From: Octopus sinensis
Taxonomy: Eukaryota
DNA: 64,000 nucleotides
Assembly (NCBI RefSeq): GCF_006345805.1
Contig: NC_043007.1
Coordinates: 14,198,001 to 14,262,000 of the forward strand
Direction: 5' to 3'
Shown here: positions 24,786-39,700 of the stretch, piece after piece
How positions within the stretch are numbered: the stretch's first letter is position 1
Layout: each line of letters opens with the position of its first letter
Notes under the pieces: model-generated
What the model saw: only the letters and a program-made list of their open reading frames with translations
What the model was told of the DNA's origin: nothing
Databases searched by the model: none
Position numbers and translations under genes: made by a program

Positions 24786-27700
24786 GTCATCATCATCATC
24801 ATCGTTTAACGTCCACTTTCCATGCTAGCAAAGGTTGGACAGTTATGACTGAGGACTGGCAAGCCAGGAGGCTGCACCAGGCTTCAATTTGATCTGGCAT
24901 GGTTTCTGCAGCTGGATGCCCTTCCTAATGCCAACCACTCCAAGAGTGTAGTGGGTGCTTTTTACATGCCACCAGCACAGGGGCGAGTCAGGTGGCACTG
25001 GTATCAAACATGCTCAAATGGTGCTTTTTACATGCCAGCAGCACAGGTGCCAGTCAGGTAGCACTGGCATCAGCCACGACTTCGATTTCGCTTGACTCAA
25101 CAGGTTTTCTCAAGCACAGTGTATTGCCCGACAATTGAAGGATACTCTTAAACAGGCTGGTTATGCGATACTGGCATTGTCCAAAGCACTTGACTTGCCA
25201 GGTCTTCTCAATCACAGCATATCTCTAAAGATCTCAGTCGCTTGTGATGGACTCTGTGAGGCCCAGCATTTGAAAGTTGTGCTTCACCACCTCATCCCAT
25301 GTCTTCCTGCGTCTACCTCTTCCGCAGGTTCCCTCCACTGTTAGGGTGTAATACTTCTTCACACAGCTGTCCTTGTCCATATGCAACACATGACCATACC
25401 AGTGCAGTCTTCTCACTTTCTCACCACATCTGCTGCTTCTTATCTCCAACTTTTTTCTAAGGGTGCTTACATTCTGTCGTATATGCACACTGACATTACA
25501 CATCCAGTGGAGCATACAAACTTCCTTTCTTTCAATCCTATGCATGTCCTCAGCAGTCACAGCTCATGTTTCACTGCCGTGTAGCATGGCTGTTCACACA
25601 CATGCAGTCTACCTTTCATTCTGAGCAAGAGGCCCTTTGTTACCAGCAAAGGTAGGAGCTCCCTGGACTTTGTCTAGGCTATTCTTATTCTCAGAGCATC
25701 ACCCCCACTACTGACTTGGTCACTTAGGCAGTGGAAGCTATCAACTATTTCTAGTTTTTTCTCCTGGCATGTGATGGAACCTGTTTTTTGTGCATCTTCT
25801 GTGTTTATTGCCCCTGTGCATCTGCCACACGCAAACTTCCTTTGATGTTGCTTCACCTCTTATGCGTCCTTAACTTACACTAGGTACATCTTATGGAGTT
25901 TCTATGTATGCCTTTTCTACAGATCAAACAGGGCCATTTACCTGAAGTGGGGTTGTGATTTGTCAACCTTCCTACTTACTAAGACTTTGGTTTTTGCTAG
26001 ATTGACTTTAAGGTCCTTCAATTCTACACCTTGCTTCCACACTTGTAACTTCTATTAGAACAAGGTCATTAGTACATAGAGGAATTCCCAGAGGCAGCCT
26101 GTCTTGAATTCCTCTGTTATTGCCTGGAGGACTATGACGAATAAGAGGGGGCTGAGGACTGATCCTTGGTGATCCCCTACGTCTACCCAGAATTCTTCAC
26201 TATACTCATTGCCAACCCTCATCTTACTGACAGTATCTCTGTACATGACTTGAACAGCTCTCACCAACCACTCATCCCTAGTTTCTGCATTGACCACCAG
26301 ATAAGTGTTTGGGGTACCCTGTCAAAGGCTTTCTCCTTGTCAACGAAGGCCAACTACAGAGGTTTAACTTTGGCTAACAATTTCTCCTGCAGCTATATTA
26401 CCAGAAATATAGCATCAGTGGTGCTTCTCTCTGGCACAAACCTAAACTGCATCTTGTCTAAACTAACTCTCTCCCTGCTATATATATATATCATCATCAT
26501 CATCGTTAAACATCCGCTTTCCATGCTAGCATGGGTTGGATGATTTGACTGAGGGCTGGTGAACCAGATGGCTGCACCAGGCTCCAATCTGATCTGGCAG
26601 AGTTTCTACAGCTGGATGCCTTTCCTAATGCCAGCCACTCCGAGAGTGTAGTGGGTGCTTTTGCGTGCCACCGGCACGAGGGCCAGCCAGGCAGTACTAG
26701 CAACGGCCATGCTCAAATGGTGTTTTTTATGTGCCACCTGCACAGGAGCCAATGCAGCAGCACTAGCAACGACCTCGCTCAAATGTTTTTTCACGTGCCA
26801 GTAAGGCGACACTGGTAACGATCACGTTCGAATGGTGCTTTTGACATGCCACCGCCACGGAAGTCAGTCAGCTGCTCTGGCAACGATCACGCTCAGATAT
26901 ATATGTGTGTGTGTCCTGTTTTTCTTTTCCAGATGTTTTAAGACTGACTTCAGTGCTAAACATGTACAGTTATCTTCAAATTGTCCCATTTTTAATAATT
27001 GATTTGTTTATATTTTCAGGAAAGTTTACCAAAAAGTAAAAAGAGAAAAAAATCTCTCGATGAAACAACTTCTACGGCTGAGAGTCTGAATCTGGTTGCA
27101 CTTGGCACTACAGCTGGAAATGTCTTTTTGTACAGTGTGTTAAAGGGTGATGTACACAGTCGTTTGGTAAGTTAGGTTTTTAATTTGTGATAAATGACAG
27201 TAATTGAACACTTTTATTGTTGATTAGTCCTAGATCAGCCCTGATCCAGAAGATCTATAATCCAAGTGGTTACAATTGTGACCCTCCCATCTTTTATTCA
27301 TATGTAGTGTACAGTTGGCAACAATAAATGCATCTGACTATGTCCAACCAATATCATCATTGAAAAATGGACATAAAATCAACATCTTTAATCGAAAAAT
27401 TGGATCTTGCTAAGTTTCTTCAAACCCCTTGGATTTCAAATTTTCTACATATTTTTGCTTCTTGGTGGCAAAAATCACACTCCCCACTTTCAGAAATTAA
27501 TAATAAAATTATGTGATTTTACCCAACTGAGCACTTCCATTGTTCATACACTGGATGTCAAAACTATTTGTTGTCATGACAACTTTGAAAGAATAATAAG
27601 TAATTTAACAAAAGAAAAGTAAATTTTTTTTTCTCATCTAAAAGACTTTATTCCACATTCCTATCGTTTTTCAAATAAAATACATTTTTCACAATTGTGG

Positions 27701-30700
27701 TGCCACATGAACTTGCAGAGATACAAATCCACTATAGAATGAAAAACACAGCACTGTTTATTCCCCCCACTTGAGACAGACCCAATTACTTTCTACTTGT
27801 TGAGTGTAGGGTCCCATCTTGCAAGTTGACAAACTTAGTAACATCGTTCACTGTTCTCTGCCAAAATTGGTACCTGGTATTTCAGGAATATATGAGTATG
27901 TTTGCCATGGGTCACTGTAAATCATTGGTCTTGGCAGAATTAATTGTCAAATGCGCATTTCAAATGTGTCATGATCCAAAGAAGGCATAGTGAAAAGCAA
28001 ACTCTTTGTATTTTGCAGCATGCTGCTGAAAACCCGGTTTGGGTACTATTTGACCCCTGTTGTATTTTTGCCTCAAAAATACAGTTTCATCAATTTCAAC
28101 AAATCTGCTGGGATTTACAGGAATGCAGGGCAAATCTTCTTTACAAATAATTTTTATAATGGGTAAACAACGATACACAGGAGTTACCATGACAACAAAT
28201 AGTTTTTTTGACTTCTGATATTTGAATAATGGAGGCATTCAATTGGATAAATTTCCTTAAATTTTAAATGCTTATAACTTCATTATTAATTTCTTGAGAA
28301 AATGTGATTTTCATCATCAGCAGGCAAATCTACATCAAAAATACATTTTTTGAAAATATTAAGGTGAAAATTTGAGCGGTTGGAAGAACTTTAACAAGAT
28401 CTTATTAGAGCAGTGGTTTCCAAACTTTTTCGGGCTGCTGCCCCCTTGACACCCAGGTCACATTCATAGCACCCCCACCCCAACTAACCCTCACAAGCAT
28501 AGACCACTTTCTGAAGCAAACTGAAGGCATTTGTATTTCACAAATAAAACTTAACCTAATGAACCCATTATTTTGTTGTTTTTGCATGAATCTTTACCCC
28601 ATTATCACCCTACTTTTTACATGAATCGCTACCCCACTTTTCTTCAACACCCCTTTGGAACTTTCCACCGCCTCCAGGAGAGCAATACCACCCCACTTTG
28701 GAAACCACTGTATGAGAGCTTAATAGCTATTAAAAGCATCCGGTATATTCTGTAAAGTAGTTGACATTAAGAAGGGCATCCAACCATAAAAAAGCTTTGC
28801 CAAAGCAGACAATTGGAGCTTGGTGCAGCCATCCAGCTTGCCAACTCCTGTTAGACTGTCCAGCCCATGCCAGTATCAAAAATGGACATTAAATGATGAT
28901 GGTGTCCTAGTGAGGGTGTTCTGCAATGGGCATAGGAAACTACATCACTTGGTTGGAAATTGGTTTGGAGAGAAAAAAGATGTCCAAGACAATATAGTAT
29001 GGCTGTTTGTGAGAGAAACTCTTTACAATAAAAGAAAAAGATCCCCTATTAGTTTATAGAGCCATTATTATATTCAAGTAGGTATTAACCAGATCAAGCC
29101 GAAACTGTCGCTGGAAGCTAGGATCACCAAGCATAGATTTGAATATTTTGGTCATATTGTGCGGAGAAAATCCCTGGAGAAGGACATCCTGCTCGGAATG
29201 GTCAGTGGCGAGAGAGTAAGAGGCTGACCAAGAACCCATTGGCTTGACACCATCAAGAGTGACACGGGAATGGCCATGACCAATCTGAACGAAGCGACCC
29301 AGGATAGAACTGGCTGGAGAACACTGATCCATCGAGTGACCAGGAGTTGACTTCAACTGAGCGGATAGATAGATAGGTATGGGCAGCAAATTGGTAGAAC
29401 GCTTAGAACATGGAATAATGTTTCTCTGCAATCTGGGTTCAAGCCCAGCTGAAATCAACTTGGCCTTTCATCTTTCCAGGGTCAATAGATAAAATACCAA
29501 TCTAGGGCAGTGAAATAGTGGAGCTGTTACAGTGGTGGTTAAGGTGCTGCCTTGTGGTCACTGTTTTAGCTCTTTTGTATCATCACCATCATTGTTTTAC
29601 GTCCGCTTTCCATGCTGGCATGAGTTGAACAGTTTGATTGAGGACTGGCTCCAATCTGATCTGGCAAAGTTTCTACAGCTAGATGCTCTTCCTAACGTCA
29701 ACCACTCCGAGAGTGTAGTGGGTGCTTTTTATGTGCCACCAGCACAGGGGGCAGTCAGGCAGCACTGACATTCCAAAGGTCTTGGTCACTTGTCATTGCC
29801 TCTGTGAGGTCCAACGTTCGAAGGTCATACTTCACCACCTCATCCCATGTCTTCTTGGGTCTACCTCTTCCACAGGTTCCCTCCACTGTTAGGGTGTAAT
29901 ACTTCTTCATACAGCTGTCCTCGTCCATATGCAACACATGACCATACCAGTGCAGTCTTCTCGCTTGCACACCACATCTGCTGCTTCTTATCTCCAACTT
30001 TTGTCTCAGGGCGCTTACATTCTGTCATATATGCACAGACATCACACATTCAGTGGAGCATACTAGCTTCATTTCTTTCAAGCCTACACATGTCCCCAGC
30101 AATCAGCCCATGTTTCACTGCCGTGTAGCATGACTGTTTCCATACATGCATCATACAGTGTACCTTTCACTCTGAGCAAGAGGCCCTTTGTTACCAGCAA
30201 AGGTAGGAACTCTCTGAACTTTGCCCAAGCTATTCTTATTCTTGCAGCTACACTACTGCATCCACCCCCACTACTGACTTGGTCACCTAGGCAGTGGAAG
30301 CTATCAATTACTTCTAGTTTTTTCCCCTGGCATGTGATAGAATCTGTTTTCTGTACATCTTCGGCGTTTATTGCCCCTGTGCATCTGCACACACAAACTA
30401 TCTTGCTAGTTCACCTTCCTTTGATGTTGCTTCACCTCTTATGCGTTCTTAACTTACACTAGGTACATCTTATGGAGTTTCTATGTATGCCTTTTCTACA
30501 GATCAAGCAGGGCCATTAACCTGAAGTGGGGTTGTGATTTGTCCACCTTCCTACTTACTAAGACTTTGGTTTTTGCAAGATTGACTGTAAGGCCCTTCTT
30601 TTCTAGACCTTGCTTCCACACCTAAAACTTCTCCTCTAGTTCTGGTAGGGACTCAGCTATTAGAGCAAGGCCATTAGTGCATAGAGGAGCTCCCAGGGAC

Positions 30701-33700
30701 AGCCAGTTGAATTCCTCTGTTATTGCCTTGAGGACTATGACGAATAAGAGGGGGTTGAGGACTGATCCTTGGTGAACCCCTACTTCTACCCAGAATTCTT
30801 CACTCTACTCGTTGCCAATCCTCACCTTACTGACAGTATCTCTGTACATGACTTGAACAGCTCTCACCAACCACTCATCTATCCCTAGTTTCTGCATTGG
30901 CCACTAGATAAGAGATTGGGAGACCCTGTCAAAGGCTTTCTCCATGTCAACGAAAGCCCAACAGTAATATCCGTAAGAACACTAGTGAAAAACTGCACCA
31001 GCCCTTGCCTTCCGATCATTGATGATGTCAAGAAGCGAGACTTCTGTGTGTAGTTAAATTACTGGTCTTTCATGTAAAAGAAAATCCTCTCTATCTTTTG
31101 GAGAGGTACGTTCCATTTGCTGGTTTTGGTTTCACAAGACACAGAACATCTCGCTGTGCTTGAGGAGACCTGTTGAGTCATGTGCATGTACATGAACATC
31201 GAAACAAATATCAATGGAAATAGTAGTTGTGATACCTGTGCTGGTGGCACATAAAAAGCACCAGCCGAACGTGGCCGATGCCAGCGCCGTCTTGGCTGGC
31301 TTCCATGCCGGTGGCACGTTAAAAGCACCAACCGATCATGGCCGATGCCAGACCCACCTGGCACCTGTGCAGGTGGCACGTAAAAAGCACCCACTACACT
31401 CGCGGAGTGGTTGGCGTTAGGAAGGGCATCCAGCTGTAGAAACACTGCCAGATCAGACTGGAGCCTGGTGCAGCCTTCTGACATCCCAGACCCCAGTCAA
31501 ACCGTCCAACCCGTGCTAGCGCGGAAAACGGACGTTAAACGATGATGATGATAATGAGGAGGAGGATTTCAGATTTGATCTGTTCCAACAGATTGATTAG
31601 TTATTGCATTTTCATAACTATTTTTACTCTCTGCTCATTGTGTAGTAGTGTTGTCGATAGAGGTGCATTTGTATTGATTGAGGTGTGTGGTGTGCCTTTT
31701 CTACAAACTTTTGTGTAATTCCTGTTTTGAAATTTCATGACATTTAGTCATTCAAATTAACCCTTCACTCACTTTCTACTCTTCTTTAATAGGAAAACGG
31801 TCACAGTCTCATTGTAAATGATATCTGCTGGCATCCAGAAAGAAATGTTTTATACACATGTTCCAGTGATCAGTACATTGCGGAGTGGGATCTATCACTT
31901 GGTAAAGTAAATCAGTAAGTAAACACATTTCCATGCTTTGCTGCTCGTACACTGCACCTCACCGTTACCACTAATTTCCAGACAAGCCAACAACAGTGCC
32001 TCTACTGAGCCACTCCACTTGATTTATAATAAAAGCAGCCAAGTGTTACTCAAATGAAATTTCATTGTCTTAAGAAAAAAAAAAACATATTAGATGATGT
32101 GGTGCAAGATAGATATAGCCATATTTGAAAATGTCAGGCTGATCATTGCCGGAATATTTTCTCTCCTAGGGCTGCATTCTATAAATATGTTCTGTATGAT
32201 TCTCTCTTTCTCTCTTTTACTTGTTTCAGTCATTTGACTGCGGCCATACTGGAGCACCGCCTTTAGCCAAGCAAATCAACTCCAGGACTTATTCTTTGGA
32301 AGCCTAGTACTTATTCTATTGGGCTCTTTTACCGAACCTCTAAGTTATGGGGACATAAACACACCAGCATCGGTTGTCAAGCGATGTTGGGGGGGACAAA
32401 CACACACACACACATATATACGATTGGCTTCTTTCAGTTTCCGTCTACCAAATCCACTCACAATGCTTTGGTTGGCCCGAGACTATAGTAGAAGACACTT
32501 GCCCAAGGTGCCATGCAGTGGGACTGAACCTGAAACCATGTGGTTGGTAAGCAAGATACATACCACATAGCCACTCCTGTGCCTATACTTCTACATAATT
32601 TTCCACATCATTTATGGCTTAACTGCTATATGTTGGATCTGAGAGGCCATGCACAAGTTCTTTTTGACACAACAATTGGTAACCATTTTTCTATTCATCA
32701 CAAAATGGTGTTTGGATACAGAATGAATAATGATTACTATTTAGATCAACTGTTTATAAATGAAACAGATAGAGGTGATTTAGCAGACTTGAAAGTAGAC
32801 AGTCAGTTGCGGATCTGTGGAATAAGCTGCTGGACGAGTTAGTGAAGATGCCGACAACCGCTCAGTTCAAAGTCTCCCTTGACCACAAATGGCCTGAACT
32901 CTTTGCATGAACACCACTCTGTACATAACTCCATGGCCTTGCTTTTTGCTTTTTGAGCCAAAAAATTAAATTAACTTAACTTAAAACATTTTTTTACTAA
33001 GTTTCAACAGTTTACAAACATTTGCATTTTGCTTATTATTCTTGGTTACTTGTATTTCAGTAAATGGAAAGCTAGCAACAATATATTACAGAGCATATGT
33101 CTACCATCAAAGAACACATTAATATCAGCCGGGAACCTTATTAAATTATGGGATCTCGATAAATATGAAGTAATAAAGGTAAGAACTGAATATTTCTCAA
33201 TGCAGAACCTACACAATACTGTGATCTTTTAGTAAACTGCCCAGTTTCTACAAATAATGATGATTTCAAACTGGTACAAGGGCAAAGGATTTAAACAATG
33301 ATAGCCTCGTGGTCAAGATGTTAGACTTATACTCATAGGGTTGGGTTTCAATGTCTAGACCAGGTGGCACATTAGCTCATTCCACTGAGCTGAAAAATAG
33401 GTGCCAGCAACAGCTGGAGTTCACTCTGTGATGGACTTGCTTCCCATCCGGTGGTTGTACTTTGGGTCACCCGATACACCATGAAACAAGGACAAACTTT
33501 GGCATAAGTCGTTTAACTCCTGACTGACCTAAGACTTGATTAGTGCTTAATTAATCAACCTTGGCAGGCTGAAAGGATACATTGGGGTTGAATTCAACAT
33601 GAAGAAACATAACTAAGTACCATTCTGTCATTTCTTCTAATCTACTACCCTATCTGAATTCACAAAACTATGGAATGTGTAGTTGGAAGAGTGAGGATTT

Positions 33701-36700
33701 CAGAAATTGGTCAGGTTTTAAATATGGGTATTTGTTAGAAAATTGATGACTAGGAGAACTTTTTAATGCACTCTTACTGGTTTCAATATAATTTACAATT
33801 TCTTTTTTAATAAATAAATATTTTTTATTTTTCTTTCTTAAATTATTAATACAAATTTTCAATTTTGTGTTTATAATAAATTCATAGTCTGTAGAAAAAA
33901 AACATAAATGGGCTGATTTGCTTCGTTTTTTGTTTTTTTTAAGAACTATTTTTATTAATTTACATGTATATGTAGGAAAAGAACAATGTTAATACTTCAA
34001 AATGTAGACTTGTTTTAATTATGAAATTAGTGGATTATGAGAAATGTGTAAAATAGTTTAGAGTTAATACTGACATTTTTCCTTCAGAAATTCAATGGTC
34101 ATGCTACTGAAGTATTACAATTATTGCCTGTTGTTACGGATCCTAAGCAACATGAATCTTCATATTTTCTTTCTGCTGCAGTTAACGATCGCCTTATTAG
34201 CGCTTGGTAAGTCTTTCTCTTCCCATATCCTTTGTTGTTTTCATTTGTGAACGTACTAGTTTGTTATTCCATGCCTTTTGGTTTCTGGACCACTAAATTA
34301 AGTGGTGTGGAGGTGCAATAGCCCAGTGGTTCCAATCTTCCATGAAAACGTGTCTGACCACAGGGAAAAACTACTTTGCTTGGAAACAGGTGAGGGTTGA
34401 TCACAGGAAAAGCACCCAGCTGTAGAAATATCCACGTCAACAAATTCCATCCAACACATGCAAGCATGGAAAAGTGGACATGAGAAAGACCTTGATGGTT
34501 TTATGTGTAAAAAGATTCGAGCGAGATTGTTGCCAGTACCGCCTGACTGGCCCTTGTGTCGGTGGCACGTAAAGGCACTCACTACACTCTTGGAGTGGTT
34601 GGTGTTAGGAAGGGCATCCAGCTGTAGAAACTTTGCCAGATCAGATTGGAGCCTGGTGCAGCCATCTGGTTCGCCAGCCCTCAGTCAAAATGGTCCAACC
34701 CATGCTAGCATGAAAAGCGGACGTTAAACAATGATGATGATATATATATATATATATATATATAGGTTATGGGTTCAGTCCTATTGTGTGGACGCTGTTG
34801 GCTGGTGTTGTCTCTGATGGTTGTGGAATGATCAATACTGCGTAAGTAAAATTAGTTGATGGAAACTGGATGAAGCCCATTGTATGTATGAGTGTGTGGA
34901 TCATACTCCCCCTCATCCTTATCCATATCACCATCAATGTTAAATAATAGATGTATATCTCTACTTTTTCTTATAATGGATATTCTAGCTCTAATACTTC
35001 TGTATCATAAACACCTAGGCTCATCACTGGTTTATAATGAGGACATATGTCCAATATTTCATTTTATCATGAAATTACAAGACAAGTTAGACATTAACAA
35101 ATCTAAACTCAGATCTTTTTCTCTTTGGCATCTACAGATCAAATTCCTTTCTGCAAGTTTCATTTATTTACCATTCTCTTCCCAAACAGGGCTATTAACT
35201 CAAACAAAGATGAGAAAAATGCCATAGCTTCATTTTCTCTTCCTGATGAACCGAAAACATTGGCTTTATCAAATTTAAAAGACCAGGTAAGCTTATTTGC
35301 TCTGAAATTATCCTGTCTTTGTTAACAGGTATTTTTGTTTTGTTTTTCTGTTTTTTCTTTTCTATGCCAGTGTGTGTGTGTTGTCAATCATTGATTCATT
35401 CGTATTTTGTTTGTTTTGGCAATTAGTCCTCCATTTTGCTTTCACTCAAAACTGCTGATTTTCTCCACAAAATCAGAATAACTGCAGCCTGTATGAGAAT
35501 CGAGTTCCATAAGGTGAGGAGGCTGCTGCAGCAAGTATTGCTGGCCAGTCTCCCTGGTAACACTTTTGCAATAATGGCCACAAGGCGCAGCTAAACATGC
35601 CAGTTGTTCTGGAGTGTACAACTGTAACCCTCCCCACTATCTTCTGCTACTTAATTCCTCCCTTTTTTTTTTCTCCTTGAATAGGAGACCAAGTCAGTAG
35701 CGGGGGGAGGGTGTGCTGAAAGTGTAGCTGCTAGAATAAGAAGAGCTTGGGCAAAGTTCAGTGGGAGTAAAAGGTAGACTATATGACGCATGTGTACAAA
35801 CAGCCATGCTACATGGCAGTGAAACATGGGCTATGACTGCTGAGGACATGCGTAAGCTCGCAAGGAATGAAGCCAGTATGATCCGATGGATGTGTAATGT
35901 CAGTGTGCATACTCGACAGAGTGTAAGTACCTTGAGAGAAAAGTTGGACCTAAGAAGCATCAGATGTGGTGTGCAAGAGAGATGACTGCGCTGGTATGGT
36001 CATGTGGCGAGAATGGATGAGGATAGCTGTGTGAAAAAGTGTCACACCCTAGCGGTTGAGGGAAACTGTGAAAGAGGAAGACCTGGGGTGAAGTGGTAAA
36101 GCACAACCTTCAAACTTTAGGCCTCACCAAGGAAATGACTAGTGATTGAAACTTTTGGAAATATGCTGTGCTTGAGAAGACCCGGCAAGCCAAATGAGAC
36201 CATAACCTCGTGGCCTATGCCAGGGACATAACCAGCCCACTTATGCATACCTTTTCCTTCTTTGGACACTAAACTCTGCTTGCAAAGACCTGTTGAGGCA
36301 AGTGAAATCAAATGAAATTCGATGACTGGCATCTGTGCTAGCAGGGTGCAAAGAGCACCATATGAGTGTGATCGTTGACAGAACAGCCAACCGGCTTCCA
36401 TGCCAGTGGCACATAAAAGGTACCATTCGAGTGTGATCGTTACCAGCGTCGCCTTACTGGCACTTGAGCCCTGTGCTGGTGGCATGTGTAAAAGATTCGA
36501 GCAAGATTTATTTAGTATCAGCATCTGTTATGGATATTTTTACTCAAAGTGATTCACATTAGTCTTTGGTAAATTGATGTCGGTGTCAAGCTGGATTTTT
36601 TTGCAAAATGGTCAAGTTGTTAAGATATTGGGCTACAAAGACAAACTTGATGAGCTCAAATCCTGCATCTGGTGTACAACAGATAAAAATATGATTTATT

Positions 36701-39700
36701 CTATTATTTTTGGCACAGTTACAACATAATAAGTTGAGAAATACTGGTCTTGTGTTCCTGCTCTGCATGTTGCACTTTGATTTTTCCAACCTTTACTCAG
36801 TCCACCAGATTCAACGGCAGAAAACTCAGCTTATTAGTGATGCCATCATTGGTAACTTTCCTAGCTATATCAGCACTATAATGGGTTGTATGTTAACCTT
36901 TTCACAACAATATTTTTAAGAAAATACCTTATCTCTTTTTTCATTTACTTTTTAAAACAATAATGGGTTTGGAGAAACATTTCTCATTGAATTACATATT
37001 AACCCTTTCGTTACCAAAATGGCTGAAGCCGGCTTTGGCTCTGAGTATGAATGTCTTGTTTTCATAAGTTCTGAATTAAAATCTTCCACCAAACCTTAGT
37101 CACAATTTATGTTCCTAACACTAGCTTAATGACAACTAAGTTATTTTACTAAATTCTTTGTTATATTTCAAGTAATTGAAAGAAACACAGAACATCTCAA
37201 AATAAATACTGCAACGAAAGGATTAAGGCTGTTGTTGGGTACTTGACTTTAACAACAGGTTCTTACACGTAATAGTGGGATGCTGTAGTTTTATAACAAA
37301 GAATCTGAGATAGATTCATATAAAGATTATCACCAATAAGGGTCAACACTGGCAGACAATAATATACCTTTTACCCTCATTTATGTCTTTTGTTTTACAG
37401 TATTTTTTTCCTTCTTTCTTGTTTCCATGTGAGACAAAATCATTTCTCTAAAAATCATTCCTGCTTCAAATAATACTATGTTGTTTTCCATTTCTTTCTG
37501 CAGGCTATTTGTTTGTCTGTGGTCACTAAAAGTGGACAGTTGTTAATATTTGAACATGTCTTAAATGGGTAAGTCTTATTATTTGATATATTGTTTGTTC
37601 CTTCTCGATCCACGCCTTGCTCATAGGGCCACTTTCCCGGTTTCCTTGGCGTATAGATTCCCCACCTGAACGGGACGCCGGTCTGTCGCAGGTGAGCTGC
37701 AAGATGCAGGAGGAAAGAGTTAGAGAAAGTTGTGGCGAAAGAGTCAGCAGAAGTTCGCCATTACCTTCTGCCGGAGCCACATAGAGCTTAGGTGTTTTTG
37801 CTCATAAACACACATATCGTCCAGTCTGAGATTCAAACCTACGATCCCTCGACCACGAGTCCGCTGCTCTAACCACTAGGCCATGTGCCTCCACATTTGA
37901 TATATGACAGTAAGTAAATAACATAACAAAGATAGAGAGAGGAAACTATGTGACGTTAGGTTTTACTGTATCTAGTTTGCTACTTCACAGTACTAATTTC
38001 AAAATACTATTGTATAAATCTTTACTGCATTTTTTTTAAAACTCCTACATAGAAAAATTCAATGTCTATATTTCATTTGACCCTTTTGCAGCCATATTTG
38101 TAATCAGAATGCATTGCCTGCATCCTCTTCCTGCTCTGCATCATCATGTCCATTTCTTATGCATCAATTTGACAGGTCTTCTGTCTTGAGGTTTTGCCTC
38201 CTGAGATCAGCTTTCGCTACATTTTCCATGGGTTTGTTGGTCTTCTTGGAGGCGCAATGGCCCAGTGGTTAGGGCAGCGGACTTGCGGTCAGAGGATCGC
38301 GGTTTCGATTCCCAGACCGGGCGTTGTGTGTGTTTATTGAGCGAAAACACCTAAAAGCTCCACGAGGCTCCAGCAGGGGATGGTGGTTATCCCTGCTGTA
38401 CTCTTTCACCACTCTAAAGGCGGTGCTCCAGCATGGCCGCAGTCAAATGACTGAAACAAGTACAAAAAAAAAAAAAAAAGACTCCTTCCATTTCAATTGC
38501 CTGATACTTCTTTACCCAAATGTCATCCATTACGAACATCACATGTCTGTACCTTTAGCTCACACCTACCTTCATATCCTTAATTGCCGTTTCCATTGCA
38601 TAATTCTTGTGAACCCACCCACCCACTTACCATTTCCAGTCCCCAGTCCACTTCTCTATATATACCTCCCTGTATCTTGGGTGTACAACTTCCATCTCCT
38701 TCCGTCCCATCTTCATCTTTCTCTTCTCTCTATCCCCATCTGAGGGAACTATATTTCTCTTCTAATGCAAGACACTTTTTCTGTCCTTCAGTACTACCCC
38801 CCCCCACCAGTTGAGGAGTTTTGTCCTGCAAGTTACTCTGTGACCCTCATTGCTGCTAGTGCCACATAAAAACCATCCAGTACATAATGTAAAGTGGTTG
38901 GCATTAGAAAGGAAATCCAGACGTAGGAACCAGGCCAAAATAGACAGCAGAGCTATGTGTGGTCTTCTGAATTGCCAGTTCCTGTTAAACCATCCTACCC
39001 ATGCTGACATGAAAAAACAGACATTATATGACAATGATGATGATGATAATTATTTCTTTATTGCCCACAGGGGGCTAAACATAGAGGGGGACAAACATGG
39101 ACAGACAAAGGGATTAAGTCAATTAGATCGACCCCCAGTGCGTAACTGGTGCTTAATTTATCGACCCCAAAAGGATGAAAGGCAAAGTCGACCTCGGCGG
39201 AATTTGAACTCAGAATGTAACGGCAGACGAAATACCGCTAAGCATTTTGTCCAGCGTGCTAACGATTCTGCCAGTTCACCGCCTGATGATGATAATGATG
39301 ATCTTAGACCCCCCCCCTTCTCATTTTCAGGGAGATTAAGTGCACTGCTGTCATTATATACACTTCTCACCAACAATGTCCTCGCCAATGACCACACTGC
39401 TTTGTGGTCTACATTTCACACTCTAGTTCTTGTGTCACAAAACAATAAACCCCATACTTTCAGGTTCTCTCCTAACTGCATATACATGGCATCGAGTTTC
39501 TCTTTACATTACCTGATATTGTTTCCCAACTTTCTTCCATTCTTTTCAAGCCTATCTCTTCACCATCCAGTAGAACCTAGCTTTATGGGATATGGAAGCA
39601 CTCCGTCGGTTACGACGACGAGGGTTCCGGTTGATCCGAATCAACGGAACAGCCTGCTCGTGAAATTAACGTGTAAGTGGCTGAGCACTCCACAGACACG

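Noticed and set aside
38247-38320. tRNA gene
   Set aside because: The cloverleaf is incomplete and continues into a multi-copy SINE body; the same applies to the other tRNA-like heads.
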